Part shown: positions 51,852-61,804 of the stretch, one piece after another
Layout of the letters: each line of letters starts with the position of its first letter
Position numbering within the stretch: the first letter of the stretch is position 1
Source of the DNA: an uncultured Gemmatimonadaceae bacterium
GTDB taxonomy: Bacteria > Gemmatimonadota > Gemmatimonadetes > Gemmatimonadales > Gemmatimonadaceae
DNA length: 64,000 nucleotides
Direction of reading: 5' to 3'
Assembly (NCBI GenBank): GCA_963822945.1
Contig: CAWGJO010000033.1
Coordinates: 32,001-96,000, forward strand
Position numbers and translations under genes: made by a program
The notes under the pieces: model-generated
What the model was told of the DNA's origin: nothing
Seen by the model: only the letters and a program-made list of their open reading frames with translations
Database searches by the model: none

Positions 51852-54176
51852 TCAGGTGCCGCCCAGCGCCCGGAACAGGTAGCTCACCTTCACGAAGAAC
51901 GCGTCGTTCACCCGACGCAGCTGCTGGAATCGCAGCGGATCGGGTTCGGTCATCGTGTTGCCGTAGCCCGCAAAGAACACCGTGCCCGGCGTCGGCCGGT
52001 AGGAGAACAGCCAGTCGGCCCGGAGCGAGTTCGACACCGTCTCCACGGTGGGCGCGCCGCCGACGATCAGCGTCCGGCCGGTGGCCGGATCGATGAGCGG
52101 CTCCCGTTTGCTGGCGGTGTACTGCGCCACCACGCGGAAGAAGATCGAGCGGGTGAGCTGGTACTCCACCTTGAGCCGCGGGATCTGCACGGTCAACGTG
52201 CGCCGGCCGTCGCTGCGTCGCGTGAAGCTGCTGCTCTGATACGTGGCCCCGACGCGGATCTGCTGCGTGGGGCGCAGGGTGAGGCTCGCGTTGTAGTCCA
52301 GCCGGTTGACGCGCGAGGTCTCCAGGAAATCGACGTCGTTCCCGGTGGTGACGCCCGCGGAGGCGGAGTAGTGCTGGTACTGCGGCGTCGAGACCTTCCA
52401 CTGCGTGGTGAAGGTCGTGATGCGCGGCGAGGGCTGGAAGGGCGCGAAGGTCGTGGGGCCGGTCGCCTCAGTGTAGCTCGCGTACGCGGCCGGATCGAAG
52501 GCGTAGCTCGACAGCGTGGGGGTGAGCCCCACCGACCAGCCGCCGCGCAGCGTGACGTCGGTGCGCGCCGACAGCTTGTCCTCGAGCAGGCTCTTGTGGG
52601 CGAAGAAGTCGTCGTAGTTCCAGGTGGCGCCCGTCTGCAGGTAGACGTTGAACCGTTCCACCAGCGCTCCCGGGCCGCCGTACAGCGTGAGCCGGTTCAT
52701 CACGCTCGGCGACACGATGCCGGTGCGCTGGACGAAGCCGTTGTCGTCGGCGAAGTCCTTGCCGATGCCGAGGATGTTGTAGTGGAAGCCGAACCGCCGG
52801 CCGGTGCCGTCGGCCACGGCCGACCACATGGGCGCCGACGTCGTGATGCCATTCTGCGTGGTATTGCTCATCACGCCCTGGAACTCGGCGTAGTATTTGC
52901 CGCCGAACACGTAGTGGACGTCGGCGTCGGCCACGCGGTTGGCGCGCCCCCCGCCCACGCGCTCGCTGTAGAACATCCCGGCCGTACTCTGGGAGCCGAA
53001 GCCGCGCCGCAGCCGCACCACGTTCACCAGCGGACGCTGGCCGGTGGCGGTGGTGCTGGTCGCGTCGAGCGCGGAGAGCACGGCGACGTCGGTGCGTCCC
53101 ACTTTTCCGGTGAGCTTGAGCGCGCCGGCCGGCTGGACGATGGTGCGCGTGTAGAAGAGCGTGTTCGGGACGTTGAACTGGTCGGAGCCTTCGACGAAGA
53201 AGGGCCGCTTCTCCGGATAGTACAGCGCGAAGCGCTCGTCGGCGGCGATCTGGGTGGCGTCGGCCTCCACCTGCGAGAAGTCCGGCTTCACCGTCCCGTT
53301 GAGCACGAAGTTGCTGCCCATGGCCCAGCGCACGTTGCCGCCGAGCTGCGGCTTGGACGCGTAGTGCCACCCATCATTCGCGGGCGCGCAGCAGGGGGTG
53401 CCGTTCACGGTGTTGGTGAGTTCGGGGTTGAGCCCCACCACCTGGCCGTGGTGCATGCCCGTCATGCCGACGAGCAGTCCCTCCTGGTCGATGAAACTCG
53501 CCGACGCCTTGTGCGCCTCGGTCCACGTTTCCTGGTAGCCGTTGTGCTGCACGTTGCGTTCGATCTGGATGCCCCAATCCTGGCGGGAGGTGCTGGGGTA
53601 GCGCAGGCTGCTGAAGGGAATGCGCACCTCGACCTCGTATCCCCACGGGGTGACGTGCCCCTTGGACTCCCAGATGAAGTCGGCGCTGAGGTCGTTCTGT
53701 CCCGGCATGATGTTGGAACCCGGGACGAAGCCGCCCTGTTCGTTCTTGATTCCGTCGGCCTGGACGCCGAGCGGATTGACGATGAACACGAAGGCGCGGT
53801 TGCGCTCGTTGTAGGTGTCGAGCTGGATCTCGGTGTTGTCGTCGTTCGAGACGTTGTCGCGCTCGGCGAGGGTCGCCCGCACCGCCCCATGGGGTTCGTA
53901 TGCCTTGATGCCGAAGTAGATGGCGTCGCGGGAGTACCACACGAGCACTTCGGTGGAGTCGGGGCTGGGCCGCTGGTCCACGGGGGCGTATTCGGAGAAC
54001 CCGGTGAGCATGGCGGCGTGCTTCCACACCGGCTCGTCCAGGCGGCCGTCGACGGTGACGGTGTCCTGGATGGACGGCGCGTGCACGGATGTCTGGCCGA
54101 GTCGCGCGTTGTAGACGGTCTGCGGGGGCGCACTGACGGCGGCGAGCTGGAACGCAGCAAGAAAGGGGAGGAGCAT
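51852..54176 (-). CDS. CBM9-like/DUF5916 outer-membrane protein
   Basis: VDGRLDEPVW, LDTYN, FIVNPLGVQ, EVRIPFSSLRY, PDFSQVEAD, EKRPFF; C-terminal FFVKVSYLF. Confidence 0.82.
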   Translation of the reverse strand: MLLPFLAAFQLAAVSAPPQTVYNARLGQTSVHAPSIQDTVTVDGRLDEPVWKHAAMLTGFSEYAPVDQRPSPDSTEVLVWYSRDAIYFGIKAYEPHGAVRATLAERDNVSNDDNTEIQLDTYNERNRAFVFIVNPLGVQADGIKNEQGGFVPGSNIMPGQNDLSADFIWESKGHVTPWGYEVEVRIPFSSLRYPSTSRQDWGIQIERNVQHNGYQETWTEAHKASASFIDQEGLLVGMTGMHHGQVVGLNPELTNTVNGTPCCAPANDGWHYASKPQLGGNVRWAMGSNFVLNGTVKPDFSQVEADATQIAADERFALYYPEKRPFFVEGSDQFNVPNTLFYTRTIVQPAGALKLTGKVGRTDVAVLSALDATSTTATGQRPLVNVVRLRRGFGSQSTAGMFYSERVGGGRANRVADADVHYVFGGKYYAEFQGVMSNTTQNGITTSAPMWSAVADGTGRRFGFHYNILGIGKDFADDNGFVQRTGIVSPSVMNRLTLYGGPGALVERFNVYLQTGATWNYDDFFAHKSLLEDKLSARTDVTLRGGWSVGLTPTLSSYAFDPAAYASYTEATGPTTFAPFQPSPRITTFTTQWKVSTPQYQHYSASAGVTTGNDVDFLETSRVNRLDYNASLTLRPTQQIRVGATYQSSSFTRRSDGRRTLTVQIPRLKVEYQLTRSIFFRVVAQYTASKREPLIDPATGRTLIVGGAPTVETVSNSLRADWLFSYRPTPGTVFFAGYGNTMTEPDPLRFQQLRRVNDAFFVKVSYLFRALGGT

Positions 54177-54392
54177 GGTGCGGGGAATATATCGCCGGGA
54201 CCCGCCGCCATCTGCATGCAATCGGTAAGGGGGTGGGCCGCCGACCAGCACCGGGAGGGCGCCGACCGGGGGGGCCTCAAGAACGGAGAACCTGGACCTG
54301 ATGATACGGATGGGCCGGATGAGACGGATGGAATTCGTTGGGGGTGCGGGAATCGGGTGACGGTTCGCCAAGGCCGTGCGCCATGCTCGGGA

Positions 54393-54806
54393 ATGGCTCA
54401 GGAACTCAAGGAAGGAGAGACCACCGGCGCGATCGTCGGCGCGTTCTATGCCGTGTACAACGGACTCGGATACGGATTCATGGAGAGCCTGTACATGGCG
54501 GCGCTGGAGCGGGAGTTGCGGGACCGTGGACACGGCGTGGGCCGGGAAGTGTACGTGCCCGTGAAATACCGGGGCGTGGAATTGGGCCGGCAGCGCCTCG
54601 ATATGGTGGTGGACGAGAAGGTCGTAGTCGAGGCCAAGGCCACGGAGATTCTTCACCCGAACGCCTCTCGACAACTCTTCGCCTACCTCCGCGCGACGCG
54701 TCTGGAGGTGGGTCTCCTTCTCCACTTCGGCCCGCGCCCGCGGTTCCATCGGGTGGTTTGCCTGAACACCACTGATCCCAACAAGCCCCGCATCCGCTCC
54801 GTTTAG
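54393..54806 (+). CDS. GxxExxY protein (putative PD-(D/E)XK nuclease fold)
   Basis: 137 aa; GFMESLY, LDMVVD..VEAK, QLFAYL, GLLLHFG. Confidence 0.9.
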   Translation: MAQELKEGETTGAIVGAFYAVYNGLGYGFMESLYMAALERELRDRGHGVGREVYVPVKYRGVELGRQRLDMVVDEKVVVEAKATEILHPNASRQLFAYLRATRLEVGLLLHFGPRPRFHRVVCLNTTDPNKPRIRSV

Positions 54807-54813
54807 TTCCGGT

Positions 54814-54843
54814 CCCCGCCCCCGCCCCCGCCCCCGCCCCCGC
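54814..54843 (-). repeat. (CCCCCG) hexamer run; G-quadruplex-capable on the minus strand
   Basis: CCCCG followed by (CCCCCG)x4. Confidence 0.85.
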
Positions 54844-55031
54844 GGTATCATCGCTCGTTTCCGCGCGGTACCGCGCCGTTTGTAGTTCCCCCGGCATGCT
54901 CCGTCTCATCCGTCCCATCCGAATCATCAGGTCCAGATGTTCCGTTCCTGATGCCCGCTCTGGCGCGCCCCATGCACCGCGGCCAATTTCACCGGGTCTC
55001 CCGTCCCGGTCCCCCGATTTCGAGGCTCGTC

Positions 55032-58000
55032 ATGAAGCGCCTTGTCCATCTGCTCTCTGCCGCCGCTGCGCTGATCTCGTTCTCCCTCACCGCCCCCGCT
55101 GCGCTGGCGCAGGGCGAACTGCACGGGCTCAAGCCCGGGCGCGATCCGAACCAGCCCATCGACTCGGCGTACACGGCGAAGATCCGCGAGTACACCACCG
55201 AGCCCTTCTTCTCGTCGCCCCTGGTGAACTACCTGCCGGCGTCGAAGACCGTGCCCACCCCGATGGCCGAACTCGGCGACATCGCCGGGGCCAGGGACAA
55301 CCTGCCGTACTCGTCGCAGGTGTACGCGTACATGCGCATGCTCGCCAAGGCGAGTCCGCGCGTGCGCGTCTGGACCATCGGTCACACCGAAGAGGGGCGC
55401 GAGATGATCGCCGTCGGCGTGGCGTCCGAAGCCGTGTGGAAGAACCTCGACCGGAACAAGGCCAACCTCGCCAAACTCGCCGACCCGCGCACCATCGGCA
55501 TGAACGACGCCGTGGCCGAGAAGCTCATCCCGCAGACGGTGCCCGTGTACTACATCACCGGCACCATCCACTCCCCCGAGTCCGGCGCGCCCACGGCGCT
55601 CATGGAACTTGCCTACCGCCTGGCCGTCGACAACAGTCCCTACATCAAGAACATCCGTGACCACCTGATCACGTTGATCACGCCGATCGTCGAGGTCGAC
55701 GGGCGCGACCGCGAGGTGGACATCGTGCGCTGGCACATGGCGCACCCCAAGGAGACGCCGCTCCCCCTCATCTACTGGGGGCACTACGTGGCGCACGACA
55801 ACAACCGCGACGCCATGGGGGCCACGCTCGATCTCACCCAGAACGTGCTCAACACCTACGTGGGCTGGAACGCCCAGGTGCTGCACGACCTGCACGAGTC
55901 GGTGCCCTTCCTCTACGACAACACCATCGGCGACGGCCCCTACAACGCCTGGATCGATCCGCTGCTCGCCAACGAGTGGCAGATGATCGGCTGGAACAAC
56001 GTGCAGGAGATGACGCGGTTTGGGATGCCGGGCGTGTTCGCCCACGGCGACTTCGACACCTGGTCGCCCGGCTACCTGATGTTCATCGCCGCCATGCACA
56101 ACGGCATCAGCCGGTTGTACGAGACGTTCGGCAATGGGGGCACCGCCGAGACGGTCGAGCGCACGCTGTCGCCGAGCGAGACGGAGAAGACCTGGTACCG
56201 GCAGGACCCGCCGCTGCCGCACGTGAAGTGGTCACTTCGCGACAACAACAACTATGAGGAGACGGGGCTGTTGGTCTCGCTCCAGTACTTCGCCAACAAC
56301 CGGCAGCTCTTCCTCGAGAATTTCTACACCAAGGCCAAGCGCTCCATCGCCAAGGCCACCACCGAGGGGCCGGCCGCGTACGTGCTGCCGGGCGACGATC
56401 CGCGCCTGCAGTCGCAGGCCGATCTGTTGCAGGTGATGCGGCGGCAGCACGTGGAGATCTCGCGCGCCACGGCGCCGTTCACGGTGCAGGTGCCGGTGAA
56501 GAAGCCCGCCAACGGCAACGGACGCGGGGCGCGCGGCGGGCGCGGTGCCAACGCGCCGGCGCGGGTCGGCGGCGGATACGGCGGTGCAGCCCAAGCCGCC
56601 GGCTACCGAGGCGCGCACCTTCCCGGCCGGCAGCTACATCATCCGCATGGACCAGCCGTACTCGCGCATCGCCGACGCGCTGCTCGACTACCAGTTCTGG
56701 TCGCCCGACGATCCGCAGAAGCACCCCTATGACGATACCGGCTGGACCTTCCCCGAAGGATTCGGCGTGGAGTGCGTGCGCGTGGTCGATACGACGGTGC
56801 TCAAGGCGCCGATGGAGAGGGTGACGGGCGACATCGTCGCGCCGGGCGGTGTGCACGGCACGGGGGCGACCTATGCCATCAACAACGTGGGCGAGAACTC
56901 GCTCGTCACGCTGCGCTACCAACTCAAATCGGCGGACTTCCAGGCCGCTGAGGATTCGTTCAGCGCGGCGGGGCACCATTTCAACCGCGGCTCCTTCCTC
57001 GTGAGCAACGTGTCGTCCGGCGATCTCGACAAGGCGTCGAAGGCGCTCGGCATCGAGGTGTATGCGCTGGCGTCGGCGCCGAGCGTGACCACGCATCCGG
57101 CGCGCGCGCCGCGAGTGGCGATTCTTCACACCTGGCAGGGCACGCAGACCGAGGGATGGTGGCGGCTTGGCTTCGATGCCCAGCACGTGCCGTACGACTA
57201 CATCAGCACGCAGGACGTGGCCAGGGACGCCAACCTGAATGCGAAGTACGACGTGATCGTATTCCCGCCGGCCGGTGCCAGCGGACAGTCGATCATCGAG
57301 GGGATGCCCATGTGGCGGAACCCGATGCCGTGGGAGAAGAGTGAACTCACGCCCAACCTCGGCCGCATCGCCAGCACTCCCGACATCCGGCCGGGCCTGG
57401 GTTGGGACGGTCTGCAGCACCTGCAGGACTTCGTGGCCAGGGGTGGGCTGCTGATCACCTCGGTGAACACGGCCGACTTCGCGATCAACTACGGGCTCAC
57501 CAACGGCGTGAGCATGAACCGGCCGCGCGGGCAGGAGGTGGTGGGCAGCCTGCTGCGCACGCGGCTGGTGGACGGCGCGAGCCCGATTACGTACGGCATC
57601 GAGGACAGCCTGACCGTGTACAGCGACGGGGGCGAGACCTTCAACGTGAGCAACACGCGCGGCGGACGCTTCGGCGGACGCTTCGGCGGCGGGGGCGCCA
57701 CGCGCGAGACGGGACGCGGGACGGCGGACGATCACGACGTGGTGCAGGGGCGGCCGGCGCTGACGCCGCAGTTCGAGCGTCCCGTGCCGCCGAAGGTGGA
57801 GCCGTGGCAGGCGCAGCCGATCAGCGACGAGCAGCTGCGCAATCCGCTGAACATCATTCCGCCCGACCAGCGGCCGCGCGTGGTGCTGCGCTACACCGAT
57901 CGCAGCGATCTGCTCGTGTCGGGCCTGCTGAACGGGGGCAACGACATCGCGCAGCGGGCGGTGGTGGTGGACGACCCCGTGGGGAAGGGGCACGTGGTGA

Positions 58001-58116
58001 TGTTCGCCAACAATCCGGTGTATCGGGGCGAGACCATCGGCAGCTACGCGCTGGTGTTCAATGCCCTGATGAACTGGGACAACCTGAACGCGGGGCGGGT
58101 GCTGGACCAGCGGTAG
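55032..58116 (+). CDS. Secreted M14-family zinc carboxypeptidase-like protein; frameshift near 56565
   Basis: Signal peptide; IGHTEEGRE, IHSPE, HDNNRD, HDLHE; continues FPAGSYII.MDQP..PYDDTGWT in the next frame. Confidence 0.85.
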
Positions 58117-58128
58117 AAGCGTCAGCGG

Positions 58129-58162
58129 GTGGGGCGGCGGCCCGATGGGGCCGCCGTCCCAC
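58129..58162 (+). terminator. Hairpin downstream of the M14 gene
   Basis: GTGGGGCGGCGGCCC-GATG-GGGCCGCCGTCCCAC; no U-tract. Confidence 0.55.
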
Positions 58163-58187
58163 GGCGTTGCCGAATCCCGGCCGGAAT

Positions 58188-58226
58188 GATTATGGTTTGA
58201 CTAGTCTGACCATAATCGACTAGTTT
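58188..58226 (+). promoter_or_regulatory. Toxin-antitoxin operator/promoter
   Basis: 30-bp palindrome GATTATGGT-TT-GACTAGTC-TG-ACCATAATC; TTGACT (58197) N18 TAGTTT (58221). Confidence 0.75.
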
Positions 58227-58231
58227 GCGGC

Positions 58232-58507
58232 ATGCGTGACACCTACTCCCTGTACGAGGCCAAGGCGCACCTGTCGGCCATCGTGCGGCGCGTGCGCGAG
58301 GGGCACACGGTGGTGGTGACCGTGCACGGCGAGCCGGCCGTCGAGATCCGGCCCCTCGCCGCCGAGTCGAAAGATCTGAGTGCCCGACTGACGGCGCTCG
58401 CCGAACGGGGCATCCTCGTGGAGCCCGCGGAACCGCGGGCGGCCCTCAGACCGGGGACGCCGAAGCGTGGCGCGCTCAAGCGCTTCCTGGCCGATCGCGA
58501 CGGATGA
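58232..58507 (+). CDS. Phd/YefM family antitoxin
   Basis: SLYEAKAHLSAIVRRVREG..VVVTVHGEP. Confidence 0.9.
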   Translation: MRDTYSLYEAKAHLSAIVRRVREGHTVVVTVHGEPAVEIRPLAAESKDLSARLTALAERGILVEPAEPRAALRPGTPKRGALKRFLADRDG

Positions 58508-58887
58508 GAGTCGCCTATGTCGATACGTCGTGCCTCGTGGCGCTCGAGTTCGGTGAACGGGGCGCGGCGGCGCTGGCGCGGCGGCTTGGCCGCTTCGATC
58601 GCCTGGTCGCGGCCAATCTGTTGGAGGCCGAACTGCGGGCGGCCTGCGTCCGAGAGGGGCGTGACGGACCGACTGACGCGCTGCGGTCGATATCATGGGT
58701 CGTTCCCGACCGACCCCTCTCGCCGGAGATCGGCCGCGTGCTCGACGCGGGGTACGTGCGCGGCGCCGATTGCTGGCACCTGGCGACGGCGCTGTATGTG
58801 GCCGGAGACGCCGCGGCAATTTCGTTCGTGACGCTGGACGAGGCGCAGGGCCGGGTCGCTCGCGCGCTTGGGTTCGCCCCAGGTTGA
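58504..58887 (+). CDS. PIN-domain (VapC-like) toxin
   Basis: AYVDTS, EAEL, RGADCWHLATA, FVTLD; ATGA overlap with the antitoxin gene. Confidence 0.9.
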   Translation: MRVAYVDTSCLVALEFGERGAAALARRLGRFDRLVAANLLEAELRAACVREGRDGPTDALRSISWVVPDRPLSPEIGRVLDAGYVRGADCWHLATALYVAGDAAAISFVTLDEAQGRVARALGFAPG

Positions 58888-59077
58888 AATTCGCAACTAT
58901 AGAGTGCTCCTTGCCCCGGGGGGCTATGTGGCCCATGTTGAGTCCACTCGGCGCGCCCCCTTTGCCCGCCTGACCGGCCGGCTCAAGCCAGCCCGATTTC
59001 TCGCCTCCTGATCGGACGCGCACGTCGCGTCCGATTTCCGTATTCCGTGAGCCCGCCGACTCCATGAGGAGCCCGCC

Positions 59078-61804
59078 TTGAGCGACGTCGCAACAGGCCT
59101 TGGTCGCGCGCTATCCGACCGCTACCGCATCGAGCGCGAACTCGGCGCGGGCGGCATGGCCACCGTGTACCTCGCCGAGGACCTGAAGCACGACCGCCGG
59201 GTGGCGCTGAAAGTCCTGCGTCCGGAGCTGGCCGCCGTGATCGGCGCGGATCGGTTCCTGAGCGAGATCAAGACGACGGCCAATCTGCAGCACCCGCACA
59301 TCCTCGCCCTGTTCGACTCCGGCGAGGCGGGCGGGTTCGTCTACTACGTGATGCCGTACGTGGAGGGCGAGTCGCTGCGCGACCGGCTGGATCGCGAGAA
59401 GCAACTGCCCGTGGACGATGCCGTGCGCATCGCGAGCGAAGTGGCCGACGCGCTCGAGTACGCGCACGGGCACGGCATCATTCACCGCGACATCAAGCCG
59501 GAGAACGTGCTGCTGCACGGCGGGCATGCGCTGGTGGCCGACTTCGGCATTGCGCTGGCCGTGAGCCGCAGCGACGGCGCCACGCGGATGACCGAGACCG
59601 GGATGTCGCTGGGCACGCCCACGTACATGAGTCCCGAGCAGGCGATGGGCGAGCGGGAGATCACGGCGCGCAGCGACGTGTACGCGCTCGGCGCGATGCT
59701 GTACGAGATGCTGGTGGGCGATCCGCCGTTCACGGGGAGCACGGCGCAGGCGATCGTCGCCAAGGTGCTGACCGCGGCGCCGGCGTCGATCACGGAGCAG
59801 CGGCACACCGTTCCTCCGCATGTGGAGGCGGTGGTGCTGCGCGCGTTGGAGAAGCTGCCGGCCGACCGGTTCGCGAGCGCGGCGCAGTTCTCGGCGGCGC
59901 TGGCGGACGCGTCCGGCGGTGCGTCCGGGACATCAGGCACACGGCGCATGCCGTACATGAAGTCGCAGGGGGGACTCGGCCTGCCCACGGTGGCGGCGCT
60001 GGTGCTCGCCGCGCTCGTTGTCGGCGCGGCGGGGGTCGCGCTCATGCGCCGTGGTCATGCCACGGCTACGTCCACCACGCGAGTGATGCTCGAGTTCCCG
60101 ACCAACGAGCAACCGCAGCATGGGACCGTGCCGGCGCCGTTGCTCGCGCTCCGCCCCGACGGCAGCGGGTTGGTCTATTCCGGCATCGGCACCAACGGGC
60201 AGCCGCAGCTCTGGATGCGGCGGTGGGATCGGCTGGGAGCCACGCGGTTCTCGCAGACACTGGGCGGCGCCTGCTGCTCGGTGTTCTCGCCCAGTGGCGA
60301 TTCGGTGGCATACCTGGCGCCGCCACACACACTGCAGGTGCTCCCGCTGACCGGTGGATTCCCCGCAACGGCGGCGGACTCGGGGCTCACCCCGGTGTCC
60401 GACCTCGGCGGCGGTGTGGACTGGGGGTCGGACGGCATGCTCTATGTGACCGGACCGAAGGGGCTGCTCCGGGTCTCGCCCCGTGGCGGCATCCCCGACG
60501 TGGTGGCCCCCCTGGACGCGCAGCGCGGTGACCTCCGGTATATGTGGCCGGCCGTGCTTCCAGGCGCGCGGGGTGCGCTGGTTTCGGTCGTTCCAGCGTC
60601 AAATCCCACCAGCCAGGACGCCGTGGCAATTGGCGCCGTCGATTTCCGCACGGGAAAGGTGTCGCTGATTCTGCAGGGGACCCGGGCCATCTACGCCCCA
60701 ACCGGCGACGTGATCTTTTCCAAGGCCAACGGTGTGCTCTGGGCCGTCCCATTCGACGAGAAGTCGCTGACCACCACCGGGCCGGCCCGTGAACTGGCGG
60801 ACACGCTGGCCAGCGGGGCACAAAGGATCGGGGACCTCTCGCTTTCGCCAGACGGCACGCTTGCCTACGTGAAGGGCGTCGTCCAGTCGTACGGGTTGGT
60901 GTGGGTGAACCGGAACGGCGACGTGACGCCGGTGGCCAGCGACTTGGTGGACGACGCTATCGACAGCCCGGCGCTTTCCCCGGACGGCAAGCGGATCGTC
61001 GTCGCCATGGCCGGTCCCGATGGCAGGTTCAGCCTCTGGATGAAGACGCTGGACGGAAGCCCCAAGGTGCGCGTCACCTTCGACGGAACGTCCAACTGGC
61101 GCGCCGCCTGGCGGCCTGGGACGAATCAGGTCGCGTATCTCTCCGATCGGGCCAAGCTCGGCGCGACGAGCCTGCGGTTGTTCCTGCTCAACCTCACGGG
61201 GCAGGCGGGCATCACCCAGCCGGATCTGCACGACGCGCGCACCATCGGCGGCGCATCCTGGTCGCCCGACGGCAAGTGGCTGGTGTTCCGCACGGACAAC
61301 CAGGAGCCCGGCAACGGTGACATTCTGGCCATCCGCCCCGGCGTCGATACCGTGCCGCGCACGCTGGTGGCCACGCCGGCCGAAGAACTGCGGCCGGAGA
61401 TATCGCCCGACGGCCGGTGGATGGCGTACAGCTCCGACGTGTCGGGCCGGCGCGAGATCTACGTGCGCTCCTTTCCCGACGCCGCGGGCACGCCGTACCA
61501 GGTGTCCACGACGGGTGGAACGAATCCGATGTGGAATCCGACCGGCAAGGAACTGTTCTATATCGATGCCGCGAACAACATGGTGTCGGTGCCGGTGATT
61601 CCCGGCGCCGCGTTCCAGGTGGGGCAGCCGCAGGTGTTGTTCGCCGCCGGTGGGTTCTTCCTCAACGCGTTCTCGCAGGAATGGGCGGTGGCACCCAACG
61701 GGCAGCGCTTTCTCATGATCCAGGGCACCCAGGGCGACGCCGTGCACGTGGTGGTGGTGTTCCACTTCCTCGACGAGCTGAAGCGCCGGATGGCCGGCCA
61801 ATGA
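59078..61804 (+). CDS. Hanks-type Ser/Thr kinase with TM helix and TolB/PD40-like propeller
   Basis: LGAGGMATVY, VALK, HRDIKPEN, DFG, GTPTYMSPEQ; repeated SPDG blades. Confidence 0.95.
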   Translation: MSDVATGLGRALSDRYRIERELGAGGMATVYLAEDLKHDRRVALKVLRPELAAVIGADRFLSEIKTTANLQHPHILALFDSGEAGGFVYYVMPYVEGESLRDRLDREKQLPVDDAVRIASEVADALEYAHGHGIIHRDIKPENVLLHGGHALVADFGIALAVSRSDGATRMTETGMSLGTPTYMSPEQAMGEREITARSDVYALGAMLYEMLVGDPPFTGSTAQAIVAKVLTAAPASITEQRHTVPPHVEAVVLRALEKLPADRFASAAQFSAALADASGGASGTSGTRRMPYMKSQGGLGLPTVAALVLAALVVGAAGVALMRRGHATATSTTRVMLEFPTNEQPQHGTVPAPLLALRPDGSGLVYSGIGTNGQPQLWMRRWDRLGATRFSQTLGGACCSVFSPSGDSVAYLAPPHTLQVLPLTGGFPATAADSGLTPVSDLGGGVDWGSDGMLYVTGPKGLLRVSPRGGIPDVVAPLDAQRGDLRYMWPAVLPGARGALVSVVPASNPTSQDAVAIGAVDFRTGKVSLILQGTRAIYAPTGDVIFSKANGVLWAVPFDEKSLTTTGPARELADTLASGAQRIGDLSLSPDGTLAYVKGVVQSYGLVWVNRNGDVTPVASDLVDDAIDSPALSPDGKRIVVAMAGPDGRFSLWMKTLDGSPKVRVTFDGTSNWRAAWRPGTNQVAYLSDRAKLGATSLRLFLLNLTGQAGITQPDLHDARTIGGASWSPDGKWLVFRTDNQEPGNGDILAIRPGVDTVPRTLVATPAEELRPEISPDGRWMAYSSDVSGRREIYVRSFPDAAGTPYQVSTTGGTNPMWNPTGKELFYIDAANNMVSVPVIPGAAFQVGQPQVLFAAGGFFLNAFSQEWAVAPNGQRFLMIQGTQGDAVHVVVVFHFLDELKRRMAGQ

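Larger units (their letters stand above)
54277..54951. mobile_element. Putative GxxExxY-containing element with 52-bp inverted arms
   Basis: 54277-54328 vs reverse complement of 54900-54951: 46/52 identical, ungapped; mobility is inferred. Confidence 0.6.

Noticed and set aside
54277..54951. Classical IS element call for the GxxExxY units
   Set aside because: No DDE, HUH or serine/tyrosine recombinase motifs and no clear target-site duplication; kept only as a candidate novel element
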